Under the pieces are notes generated by a model that had not been told where the DNA came from, did no database searches, and saw only the letters and a list, made by a program, of their open reading frames with translations. This document shows, piece by piece, positions 1 to 53,962 of a stretch of DNA of 64,000 bases; position 1 is the first letter of the stretch; every line of letters starts with the position of its first letter. The DNA comes from the human T2T-CHM13v2.0 reference genome, Homo sapiens. The DNA lies in NCBI RefSeq assembly GCF_009914755.1, contig NC_060939.1; one strand, written 5' to 3'. Both the position numbers and the translations under genes were made by a program.

Positions 1-15124
<15,124 letters not shown>

Positions 15125-15237
15125 GAAGAGCTTCCAGGACGCACCCAGGACGCTGAGCCCAGGAGCCTGCCAGGCTGACGTGCATCCCACCCAGACGGTG
15201 TCCTCTTCTTGTCGCTTTTTGTCATATAAGGAATCCC

Positions 15238-15982
15238 ATTAAAGAAGGAAAAAAATAAATCCCACATTTGTGTATGCACCCACTCACCCCTCCAAATCAG
15301 CAAAACCGCATCTAATTTGTCCGCCGAATGCCAAAGCAAAGCAAACTTATTATAACCCTTGGACTGAGTTTAGAGACATTTCTTCAATTTCCCATCGTGC
15401 CTTTCCAGGGACCAGTGCAGGGACAGGGGGAGAAGGGGAGGGGTTAAGTTAAATAAAGAAGATTATTTTTGTTTCCTGACTTTATCCAAGAGCAGTGCAA
15501 TCGTTGGTTATTTCACCTCCAGGGAGAGCTAGGGAGGAGGGAGGAGGGCTCCAAAGGAGCTGGAAGGAGCAGAGGCCTGAGAGCAGGAAGAACTCGGAAC
15601 CGCAGCTGAATGTATTGGATGAGAAGGAGCCAGGAGGGCTACACCATCTGTATGAGGGAAAAGCCTTGGGGGAGAGGGGTGGGTTCCTGCCTCCTGCCGA
15701 GGGTAAGCCGGCAGGAGAGAGCCATCAGAGGGACCTCCGCTGCCTGGGAGTTGGGTTCCCTCCAAGGGTCCCTCTTTCAGTGTCCTCTCTCTCACCTGGG
15801 TCTGCCACCCTAACAGGTGGCAACTCGGCAGGGCTGCTGGGGGCACTTCCTGCCCAGTGGGGGGTGCCGCCCAACCTTCTCCCCTCCCCACCCCCGCCCC
15901 CGGGACCGTGCAGGCACCAGGGTTCCGTGCACCTATTTATATTTTTGAAAACTGAAGATTATAATATTATAATAATAATAAA
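15238..15982 (+). terminator. ACAN: ACAN polyadenylation signals: ATTAAA 15238-43; AATAAA 15254-59, 15452-57, 15977-82
   Basis: Hexamers downstream of the stop. The distal one is preceded by an AT-rich tract and followed by a T-rich tract near 16001-16027. Confidence 0.75.
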
Positions 15983-16571
15983 GACATTGGAAGAGATCTA
16001 TCTCTTTTCTTTTCCCTCTTTTAATTTAAGAAGAAGGCAATCATGACCCGGAGTCCCCCAAAGGGGTCTTAGGAATGGTGGCAGTGGAGACAGGTTTTGA
16101 TCAAATGATCTCAAATTGGTGTGACTCTGTGACTCTGGTCTGTTCAGAGCGCCTAGGACAGTCACATCTGTCGTGCTTTATTTTTCCTAGGGTCCCAATG
16201 TGTTTGGTAGATGATCTGCATGTAAGCACATGTGATATGTCTCTACATGTGTGTACCTGGCTGTGCCTGTCACGTGTGACATGCGTCAGTCGGTGCCATA
16301 TGGATTTACAAGTGGGCACTGTCAAAGAGCAACTCAAGCCAGACATCTGGTCACCTTGCATGCTTTGGTTCTTTGTGATCACACTGCTCTGGTGGGTTGG
16401 TAGACTGAATCCAAGAACAGAGGCAAAAATCAGGATTTATAAGAAGGGAAGGAAAAAACAAACTGCAGACAGTCTGAGAACAGTGAATCTTGCTTACACA
16501 TTTTCAAGGTAAACTGCTTGCCAGCTACTAGCAAAAAGGTCTGGGCATCCTGCCCTTAAGTACACTATAGA

Positions 16572-16921
<350 letters not shown>

Positions 16922-17279
16922 CTAATTGTTTACGGATTCCCCTGACAAACCTTGAGAGTTGAGCCCACACACGCATGCCAGGCAGTATCCTTCCACCAGT
17001 GCCACCTCCTCAGACGCCTCCCTCGTCACAGTCGCTGGACACGCCATTGAGTCTGTGTGAATATGTGTGTGTGTTGGTTCTTGCAGGCCAGTGTGAGTTC
17101 CTGGGTCCTGGTATCTTTTCAGGCGTGGGCGTGTGTACAGCTGTTTGTTCGTATATATATACATACTTGCATCTCTACCTCTAGAAAGAACAGTGGGCCA
17201 AAGTAGAGTGTACAGCACTGGTCACATAGTAGGCGCTCAATCATTACTTCATTAACTGATTAGTTGGTGGTGCGACTGT

Positions 17280-17461
17280 CAGTGGTTTTCAAACTTGAAC
17301 GTGCATCAGAATCACCTAAAGGGCTTTGGTGACAACAGAGGGTGCCGGTCCACACCCCAGACTTTCTGACTCAGCAGGTCTCTGCTGGGGCCCAGGAATT
17401 TGCACTTCTAACAAGATCCCAGTGATGCTGATGCTGCCGACCACACTATGAGGAGCACTGA
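17280..17461. mobile_element. MER5A-like, near full length
   Basis: cagtggttttcaaactt...gaccacactatgaggagcactg, with inverted termini CAGTG/CACTG. Confidence 0.75.
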
Positions 17462-17960
17462 GCTAAGGGAAGAACCGAAGGAATAACTGGTTGGTGAGTG
17501 GCAGAGGCGTTCCTGCGCAAGGCAACAAGTCAAGTTTCCTGAGGCGGGGGTGGGAGTGGGAGGCAGAGGGTGAGGCACACGGAGCACTGGCCCCTAGATC
17601 CCTGGCCTCTGAGGTCCTCTGGAGGGCGTAGCCTCCTCTGTCTTCTGACAGACACCTCTGGCTCTTCTGCTGAGCCTCACACAGACAGACGCACTGCCAA
17701 GGGGTGGGGATGGTGAAGACAGAAGCCAGGTCCTCTGCCACTAGGCCAGCACCCAGGACCGGGTGAACCATTGAGCAGGCAAGGCTAGAACCAGCCCGCA
17801 GAGTTCCCTGTTCACCCCAGGGACCTGACCCAGCCAACCTATGAAGCCTGGGCTAGAACTGCCCCCACCACACCCACCAGGCAGGGGGCTGCGCCCTGAG
17901 ACCGAACGAGATGGAGACACAGAAAAGGGCTGGGGATGGCGGAAGGCAGTCATAGCACCA

Positions 17961-17966
17961 TTTATT
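17961..17966 (-). terminator. HAPLN3: HAPLN3 poly(A) signal AATAAA
   Basis: TTTATT on +, about 650 nt past the HAPLN3 stop. Confidence 0.8.
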
Positions 17967-18612
17967 GTCCAAAGTACACACACCTGAGGGCCCCTCCCCA
18001 CACAGGGAAACAGGAGAAACAAATGACAACAAAACAGATTCTTTGGAACCGAGAGGGGAAGGGGAACGGGGAGGGGAGTTTCTTCCTTCCCTCAGCTTTC
18101 GCCTGGAAGCCTAGAACTGGCTTCCAGCCCTAGCCCCTCAGTGGGCAGACTGGGGTCAGCGGCTTCACAGAGAAGTAGAGGTGGGCAGGAGAGGCCCAAA
18201 GCCCAGCTCCGGAGGCCCCCGAGGCCCTCTTCTTCCCCCAGGCTGAGGGGCAGGGAGAACTGTGCCCACCATGCCCGGACTCCCGGCGGCATTCTAGACA
18301 GGCCACCGCCCACTCTGGGCACCAACCTCCTTAAGGGAGGGAGACCAGCCTGGATGGCGGGGAACCCTCCAGAAGCCCACAAAACCGCAAATGGCCCAGG
18401 GGAGCAAGCATGATTCCTGGAGTGGGGCATCCAGGAGCAAAGGGAGGCATTGGGTTCTGTTTGCTTTACAAAAAATAGTAAAAAAATGTTTAAAGAAAAT
18501 TTAAATTGAGAAGTATAAAAACAGTTAAAATGGCTCCAACCCACAAGGGAAAACGAACCACTCAATAAATACACAGCCAGTGAGGGAATGCGGCAGGGGA
18601 GGGCCCCAGGTC

Positions 18613-27941
<9,329 letters not shown>

Positions 27942-28209
27942 CTCCTCATGCCAGGGTGACCCGGGCCAGGCTGGGGCCCCAGGGCAAACTGGGAAGGGGA
28001 GGAAAACAAGGCAATTAGAAAAGCCTGGCTTCCAGGGCCCACATCCCCTCTGCTCCAACACCACTCACTCGCTTGCTCAACAGCTCACTGCGGGACACCT
28101 GCCGCCTACGTGCCAGACGCTGTTCCCGGAGCTGAGAAGACAGCAGTGACAAGCTAGATGGGGTTCCTGCTTTCAGGGAGCTGTACCCCGAAGGCAAGAC
28201 GGGAGATCA

Positions 28210-28638
<429 letters not shown>

Positions 28639-28746
28639 AGGTATGAGCAGCACTTTTTAATGACGCCAAATAAACTAGACTAGAATAGAAAATATCAGGG
28701 TGAATAGAGGGTATGTTAAGTAAAGATGAGTCCTGCATTGTGAACC

Positions 28747-29031
28747 CTTTTTTTTTTTTTTTGAGACAGAGTCTCGCTCTGTCGCCCAGGCTGGAGTGGA
28801 GGTTGCTCACTGCAACCTCCGCCTCCTGGGTTCAAGAAATTCTCCTGCCTCAGCCTCCCGAGTAGCTGGGACTACAGGTGCGTGCCACCAAGCTCAGCTA
28901 ATTTTTTGTAATTTTAGTACAGACGGGGTTTCACCGCGTTAGCCAGGATGATCTCAATCTCCTGACCTAGTGATCAGCCCGCCTCGGCCTCCCAAAGTGC
29001 TGAGATTACAGGCATAAGCCACTGCGCCCAA
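28747..29031 (-). mobile_element. Alu
   Basis: Antisense Alu. Confidence 0.94.
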
Positions 29032-29980
29032 CTCAAAAATAATTTTTGAACACCATGCTAGAGGTCTTGGGAGCTATTCCAGTTTGGGTGGGCGCTCAAA
29101 AGAGGTAGCCAACCCATGGGCTGTAGTTTGATGATTTGATTTTTTTTTAAATATTGTATTCAAATATTTTGTCTTGATTACTAAGATTTCTAGCAAACTC
29201 CCTTCCTCCCCCGCTTAAATCTCACACCAAGGGCTACTGCCTCACTCATGTCACCCTAGCCCTGCTCACCTGCCATTTACTGCGTGCTCTCAACAATTAA
29301 AAGATGGGGTCACTCCTTGAAGGAGCTTGGTCCAGGGAGGGGGCAGAGTCGTGGGCAGGCAGTCTTGATTGCTGTGTGTTGAGTACCACGATGGAGGTAC
29401 AGAAACGGGAATGTCCAAATGAGACTGAAGATGCAGGAGTTTGCCAGGTGGAGAAGGACTGACAGGTTTATCCAGTAGGGCACTGCCACTACAAAGGTGC
29501 AGATGCCAGCAAGAGTCCCAAGCCTGGGGGTGCTGGGGGTATACAGGAGGTCCTCCATTTGCCCCACACACCCACCAGGTCCATCGTCTGTCCTTCTCTG
29601 ACACGTATTGGTCCCTGTTGTCCCAGTTCCCCAGGCCTTCTGGCTTCCAGTGGGATTGAGCCAATGGGAGGCACTCAGAGAAGATGGCAGAGAGGGAAGA
29701 GGAGGAAGACGGGGCATTGCTTCCCAGCTCCCTTGCCACCCCAGTGCCTCTGCCATAGAGTGTCTGCTGCTGCTGCTGGCCTCTGCGTCCCCCACTTCCT
29801 TGTTGGGTCCCCTCACCCTACTCTCTAGAAGTCATTCCTCCATTAAAGTCTCTTTATTGGAATCATCTGGGCTGAATTCTGCTTCCTGCCAAGACCCTGG
29901 CTGCATGGGGGAGAGGAGGTAAGGGGGTCACCAGGGCCAGCGTCTGGATGCCTTGGGTGTCAGGCCCAGAAGCATATCCT

Positions 29981-30372
<392 letters not shown>

Positions 30373-30582
30373 TGAGTGGAAGGTAGACCTGGGGGCAGCA
30401 AGACCAGAATGACAGCAGGCAGCTGCAAACATAACTATGATTATCATGTAGCAACGTGGAAGAATGCTTAGGGTGTAAGTTAAAATAGACAAAGCAGAAC
30501 ATACAATTGCCTCTGCTATGATTGCAACCATGTGGTCTTGTGAATGCCTGTGTACAGGACCCAGAAGATGAGGAAACACTTA

Positions 30583-30722
30583 AAGAGGAAGGGAGGGAGG
30601 ACAGAAGGGAGAAAGGAAGGAAGGAAAGAAGGAAGGGAGGGAGGGAGGGAGGGAGGGAGGAAGGGGAGGAAGGAAGGAAAGGAAGGAAGGAAGGAAAGGG
30701 AAGGAGGGAGGAAAGGAGGCAG
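30583..30722 (+). repeat. Polypurine (GGAA/GGGA)n tract
   Basis: About 135 nt, almost purely A/G. Confidence 0.92.
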
Positions 30723-31527
30723 GCAGACACACACAGCATTGGCTTGTTAGAGTGATGGGATTGTGGAGGAAACATTCTTGTTTCCAGAACAGTTAGGAGC
30801 TCTTGCTGGAGAGAATGGATGTAAAGAAAGTTGAGAGGCCAAATCCACCATTCCCTTAGACACCACAGAAATCCCAAGGCCCAGACCTGCCATCTGTGCT
30901 GTGCACTGCAGCCAGGACACTACCAACTCTGAAACCCCACTTCTTGTCCAAGAGGAATTCATTCCCCTGTTGATTCCTGTAAGCCCCCTTGGTGATGGAG
31001 AACTGGGAGGCCTAAGCACAATGGGGCAACCTGGTACAGAGTTTGGGAACTGGAAGATCAGAGTTCAAATCCCACCTCTACTATTTATTCACTGCGAGAT
31101 TCTGGGCAAGTTTCCTCGGTTGCGAAATGGAGATCATAAAACTCACCCTGGTATATTTCTCGCCAATGCATTCTAGTTTTCTCCTAAAGTAACAGAGGTC
31201 TAGATGGGTGCACGACCGTTCAGCTGAAGACTGCATTTCCAGCCTCCCTCGCAGCTAGGAGAGCTATGTGACTCAGTTCTCATCAATGGCAGCAAGCAGA
31301 AATAACATGCCACATCCAGGTCTGGCAGTTAAAACAATTACAGATGCCTTTCCCTGGTATTCCTTCCCCCAACCTTCTGGAAACCACAGTATCCAGCTTA
31401 GAGTCAGAGATGGAAACCACAGATTGAATGGCAGAGCTGCCCATCAGCCCTGGACCTCCTCCACTTGCACTGTCCTATGAGAGAGAAACAGAGTCCTATC
31501 ATATTTAAGCCACCACTTTTTTGCATC

Positions 31528-32249
<722 letters not shown>

Positions 32250-32818
32250 TAATCCTTACCACTACCCTGACATGTGAGCCTAGTAGTGTTCCCATTTTGC
32301 AGATGGAAAAACCAAGGCACAGAGAGACTAAGTCATATGCCCAAGGTCATCCAGCTAGGAAGTGGCAGAGCTAGGATTCGAACCCACTCCAGCCCCAAAG
32401 CCTGGAACCATGCCAAATTCAGGGAGGTGATTGTGTGGCACACACAGCCCAGTGGCCCAGAGCAAACCCTTGTAAGAGTTCGTTTCCTCTGCCTTCCTTC
32501 AGGCTCCACACCTGGAACCAGGAGGGAAGTGGGGCCAAGATTTGATGTTGAGCTTGATGTCCTGGGCTCCCCGCTGTCCCTGGGCACCTAGAGTCTCCTT
32601 GAGCAGAGGGGCTCCCAGCTGCTGCTTATAATGTTTCCAGCCTCTTACAGCGGCTCATCTAGCACAAATGCTCCCTAGTGAGAAAGGGCTTCCTAAGGGT
32701 AAACAAATGCAGGCGTTTCTGCCACTAAGTGACATCAGTAACACCTCTTTGTTGGATGCTAACTCAGCAGTAATGTAACCTCACATTGAGGGGGATGCCA
32801 AGAAAATCAAAAGGAATT

Positions 32819-33275
<457 letters not shown>

Positions 33276-33616
33276 CTAGCTGGGTGACCCTGGGAAAGTC
33301 ATTTGACCTCTCTGAACAGAAAATTTCCTCTCTCCAGAGAAGACTAAAGGGGAACTCGGGGGCTGAGGACAAGCACAGCCTTGAATGCTAAGGTCAGTGC
33401 ACAGGACAGAGTCCTGTGTGGGAGTCAGGAGTGGCAATTGCCACTTGGTTGCTGCCTTGCCTCAGGTCCATCTCTGACCATCCCTGACCACTACCACTGA
33501 GGGGAGGGATGGGTAGCCTCTGCTCCCCTACCATGGCTATCCAGCCACCAACTCCTCAGGACCACCACAGAGGTGCCACCAGCTGGAAGGCCCAAGACCA
33601 AGTCCAGCCCAGTCAC

Positions 33617-33755
33617 CTTGGCAGTGGATAGTTCCCCAAATCTTCTGGAGTCCTGTCTGGGCACTCAGACCTGGGCTCGGTATTGGAGCTGGACACACTG
33701 CATCCTGCTGAGTGACTTCGGGCAAGTTCACCTCTCTGTGCCTCCATTTCCTCAT
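33617..33755 (-). CDS. HAPLN3: Candidate MIR-derived HAPLN3 cassette exon giving a 62-aa N-terminal extension (422-aa product)
   Basis: T8ACAG|ATG acceptor and CAAG|GTGACT donor. The 139-nt exon plus 47 nt of exon 2 is 62 codons, open and in frame with the main ATG. Confidence 0.7.
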
Positions 33756-33770
33756 CTGTAAAAAAAAGGA
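33650..33770 (+). mobile_element. MIR hosting the candidate HAPLN3 cassette exon
   Basis: gtgacttcgggcaagttcacctctctgtgcctccatttcctcatctgtaaaa MIR core. Confidence 0.85.
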
Positions 33771-33776
33771 ACTTAA

Positions 33777-34586
<810 letters not shown>

Positions 34587-36101
34587 GTTGGGGTGGGGGG
34601 GGCGGTCACGACAATACCAAACAGAAAACACTCTCGTGAAGATTAAGGGAGAGAATAGCTGCAGAGCACTGAAAATACTGCTTGATGCTTGATAAGGAGC
34701 AAGCACTGGGAAAATATGACCTGTTACTACTCTGGTGAGCAGTTCACACAGTGAAGTCTTACACCATCTCAGTGGCTCTTTCTCCTCTCTCACTGCCTAC
34801 GAGACAAAGTGGTCACCACTGCCTCCTCTTCACAGTTGAGGAAACTGAGGCCAAGAGAGTGGAGGTCAGTGAACTACCCAAGGCGTTATCTTTGTCAAAT
34901 ATCTCGAACTTAGAGAAAGTTCAGGTTTCCTGATGACCAGCCCTTTGCTTTTCCCAGGCGCCCCAGCCTAGGGACCCCTCCACCCAAGAACAATAAGCCT
35001 GGGCTTGGAGGGAGGGTAGGTGCCACCTCCCTGCCAGGTGCATGTCCGCACTGGGCCTTCCGTGAGTACAAGTCCCCCAGGTACCAGCAGGAGGCAGCAT
35101 CGCCCGCGAGGTCTGCACGAGCGCTGCTCCCAGCGAGAAATTTGACATCCCTGTCCCTGTTTGCACAAGGCTTGATCTCCGCCTTTGAAACCTGCAGCCC
35201 CCAGGAGAATGAAAACCGGAGGTGTTTCCCAATCCGCTGGCCCGGGCGGCGTCGAGGGAGAGAAGCCAGGGCCCCTCTCAATCGCTGCCCCCTACTCCAG
35301 GGAGCACAGGCACTCCCGCGGGTCAGCGCTGGACACCAAGGTCCCAACAGGTTTACAGGCTGCCTGTGGCCTGTGGCTGCCAACGAGCTGGTGGCAGGAC
35401 TGGGTCCAAGTGCCGTGCTGTTTCCATACTGGCTGCGCACAAGCCTACGTTTCTCCCTGAGGGTCGCCATCTCCCACCCAGGGCTCTGCCCTCCACCCTC
35501 CCTACCCTTCTGGCCTCGCTGTCCCTGGGGCAAGAACCCCGGTGAGCGAGGTCTGGAACCCATAGGCATCAGTTGCCTTTGCCCCAGGCGCCCAGAGCCG
35601 GCCAGCTGCGGTCCAGAGGCGCAGGTCCGCCAGCCGCCTCGCAGGTTGCCCTCAGCCCCTCCCAGGACTCCCGGGGCCCCCGGAGCATCCAACAGATACC
35701 CAGGGGCAGGGCCTGGGGCGCCGCGGACGGCACTGGAGGCAGCCGACCCTGGACAGACGACAGGGGAGAGAGCCAAGCGGACCCTGGCAGGAAGGGGGCT
35801 GGAGGCGGACGGTGGTCTCGGAGGCCACGGGGTCCGCTCGGGCTCTGCTCCCTCACGGTGGGCACGAGGGTCCGGCGCCCGCATCCCCGCGCCGCTCCCT
35901 CCCCACTTGTGCCCCGGGCGCCCCTCGCCCGCGATCACAGCCCATCTCAGCCCGGGCCTCCGCAGTGCCCGGCCCACGCCTCCTGCCCCTTCCCCGGACC
36001 CTGCCCGGGAGGTGTGGGGACCCGCAGGGCACCCAAAGCGGTAAGGGAGGAACCCGGCCCGCACACAGCCCCAGAAGCCCAGCGACCCCTAAGCCACGTA
36101 C

Positions 36102-36250
36102 CGTCCCCAGGCAGCTCCTCGACGGCTAGAGCTCTCGGGGGCCGCGAGCTGTCCCGGTCCAAGGCAGCAGTCTGATTTCGGGGAAATTAAAAGGGCAGAA
36201 AGGAAGCGGCAGCAGAAAAACCCCCGCGCTCCCGCCAGACCAGCCCCTTA
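36102..36250 (-). other. HAPLN3: HAPLN3 non-coding first exon (5' end approximate)
   Basis: Donor GACG|GTACGT at 36102/36101 inside a CpG island; the TSS is inferred. Confidence 0.75.
36175..36187. promoter_or_regulatory. GAS (STAT1) palindrome ATTTCCCCGAAAT
   Basis: TTC-N3-GAA core with an extended palindrome, at HAPLN3 exon 1. Confidence 0.7.
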
Positions 36251-36499
36251 AAGGAACACGCGCACCTTTCCCTCCCAAGGGCTGGGCTCGAAGGGAGGAG
36301 CTGCTGCAGGCTTGAGCGGTCTCCAGACTCGCTGGGAACCACCGCAAAGAGGGTGTGCAAGAGTTGAGGCCCTCACGTCTTGGGAAAGGAGAGTAGGGGT
36401 GGAATAGGAGAGTTTGGGGAGGGGGGATCCCCTTAGAAAGCCTGGTATACCAAAAACAGTGGGAGTAAGCAGGGGAAGCCCCTGTCCAGCATTCTGCTA

Positions 36500-36913
<414 letters not shown>

Positions 36914-38157
36914 TCATGCCCCTGAGTTTGGCCATCATGAAACACTGGCCAGATTCCCAACTCACTGTCAGGCACATAGCAGGTGCTATCCCCAGCACAT
37001 GGGGCTTGAATGAGTGGCCCTGGCTGGGAGGGGAGACACAGGGTGGGATACCTCTGCAGCCTGCAGGGGCAATCAGGCTTCTGAGTGGTCCTCCAACAGG
37101 GGTGGGCCTCCCTTCGGAATCCTGCTAATCAGCACAGCCATCCAGGCAGCCGCTCAGGATGCCTCTGTTTGGACAGGGTGTTTTCTTTCCTGTCCAGACC
37201 AATGGGGGCCCTGGCCTGGACAGCCCGATGTTTCCTCAGCAGAAAAGACTAAGGAGGTCCTTCAGCTTTGGCTGGGGGAAGGGTCGAAGGGTCACAGGGT
37301 CACAGAGCTCAGAGCCTCTTCCTAAACACAGCTCAAGTTGGCCCATGAGTGTGTGTGTGTGTGTGCATGTGTGTGTGTTACACACAGCCAGGGGCACATT
37401 GGAGCACAAAGAACTGTGATCAACAGGTAAACTACACCTAAAAGGAACGCCAGGCTTGATGGGCAAAGGGGAGCCAAGGTAGGTCCCTCTGCAGGTTCCC
37501 GACAGGGGAGAGGATGGACAGTAGGGAGAGCACATTTTGCTACAGTTAAGTCGAGTTGAACATGCCAGCCAGGGGTAGGGGTAGCCAGCAGGTGGAATCT
37601 GAACGCTCACCCTCTGCCTTGCAGTGGGGCAGAAAAAAGTCAATGTGTAGGGGTGATGGTAAAAGCTGGGCAAATGGAAGACACTGCTGAGGGAGAGAAG
37701 CCAAGGAAGGAAGGAGGGGGTCAGGAGTGAGGGGACTCCACTCCAGGGTCCCAGGAGGGGGACTTTTAGAAGGCTGTGGCCAACCCATCCCAGAGCAGAG
37801 ATGCTTCTCCCACTGTCTGCTTATCCCCAGGGTATGCTGGAACAGGGGTTCAGGGCAGGAAACTCCCCCGGGAGGGAGACCTGAGGCTTGGAAGCACGCA
37901 GAAAGGCTTGGCTCTAAACCCAATCCACACCGCTCCGCAGAAGAGAGCTCTGAAACGGGAGGCAGTAGGCCAAGGGACACCCAGGGGAAGGGAGTCCCCC
38001 ATCCTCAGTTCCTACGAAGACCACGGCCTGGGCCTTTTATTCAGACCCTGCTAGGCCCAGGAGCCCAGCAACCGCAGGTCTCAGAAAGGAACCACTTCCA
38101 GACACATTTCCCTGATGTGGTTCCAGCAAAGCCACGCCCTCCCTTTGGCAGCCCTGT

Positions 38158-38235
38158 GGCCCCACCTCCTGCTGCTCAGAGGCGGCCCCACCTCCTGCTG
38201 CTCAGAGGCGGCCCCACCTCCTGCTGCTCAGATGC
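38158..38235. repeat. 26-bp minisatellite x3 (GGCCCCACCTCCTGCTGCTCAGAGGC)
   Basis: Two perfect copies and one with a single mismatch. Confidence 0.95.
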
Positions 38236-38922
38236 ACCCCCTGCCTGCAGAACACAGCCGGCTCCCAAAGTTTGGAAAAATTCACCTTGACAAAGAGGGT
38301 GGTTTTTCCTACACCCCTTCCCAAGCTAGCCAAGCCTCTGCCTGCAAGTCACCCTTCCAGATCACCAAGACACTGGCCCGCAAGGCCCACCCCCACTTCT
38401 TGATGACCCCCACACAGGGGAGGGCAGAGAGGGTATCCCTGGAGCACACACGCCAGTGGCCTACCAGGAACCAGTGTGTTCAGGCAGGAGGCCTCATGCC
38501 CACTTGGCAGAGCCCCGGCCCCCTCCTCCAGTCCCACGCTGCACCCACCCCAGGAACTCCCGCAGTTCGGAAGGCATCCAGGTTCACTGAGTTTCTTATA
38601 GTTTCTCCAGCCCACCACTCCAGTTGCAGAGAGAATGGAAACTGCTGAAGGGGAAAACCAGCTGCCCCAGCCAGTCTTCCTGGCAGGAAGGGAGCAAAAG
38701 CATTCAGGAGACAGTGTCTGCCAGCACTCGCTGGGCCCCTGACCAGGCAGCAGTTGTAGGGCTCAGGGCCAGACGGCATGGAGGTAGAAAGCAGAGGGAA
38801 GAGGGGAAGTCAGGTTTTGAGGACCTGGAAGTCCTGACTTCCTTCAGGCCGCCCTGGACCAAAGTCTCCAGCCTCCTGCTATGAAGCTATGTGTAGTCAG
38901 GCAGGTGACATAAAGAAAGATG

Positions 38923-39490
<568 letters not shown>

Positions 39491-40037
39491 TCAGGACAAG
39501 GGGCAAGAGAGGCAACCAGGGAGACAAGGGGAAGTGTCTTGGGGACAGGGGGCCACAGCAGTTGTGGCCACATGGTACCCCAGGGCCGACGCAGGGCCGA
39601 CGGGCAAGAGGCTGTTATCTCCAGCCTGGCGCTTCCGGGCCTTTCTTGAGGCCACCATGGGAATGTGATGTGTGAGAGAGGGGCTAGGAGAGACAGAGAC
39701 ACACGCACCTGGGATCGGCGGTCCGGACAGGGGCAGGGAAACCACACGCCCTACTTTGCCCTTTCCTGTCCATCCCAGACCTACTCAGATCCCTCAGTGC
39801 CTAAGAAAACAGGACAGTGAGGACTGGGGGTTAGGGGACGGGGCTTAGGGGCTGGGGCAGGGCCCGTGAGAGGTGGAGGGTGGGAAAGAGGGAGGGAGGG
39901 GTGACTGTGTGGTGGTGCTGCCTCTGAACACCCTCCCCTTCCCCAGTCCCCAGCCCTATGGTGATTTAAAGGGGCTGAGAAGCCAAGAGGCAGCGGGCCC
40001 ATGGAAAGCAGGAAGACCTGGGGGTGGCAGGTGGCCA

Positions 40038-53962
<13,925 letters not shown>

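Larger units (their letters stand above)
35090..36350. promoter_or_regulatory. CpG island and HAPLN3 promoter
   Basis: High GC content and dense CpG relative to the flanks. Confidence 0.85.

Noticed and set aside
34910-36175. Long overlapping ORFs (384, 300 and 200 aa) on both strands
   Set aside because: They lie in the GC-rich HAPLN3 CpG island, where stops are rare; Pro/Gly/Arg/Ala-rich with no domain.
38158-38235. Direct repeats as a possible CRISPR-like array
   Set aside because: Eukaryotic DNA; head-to-tail units with no spacers.
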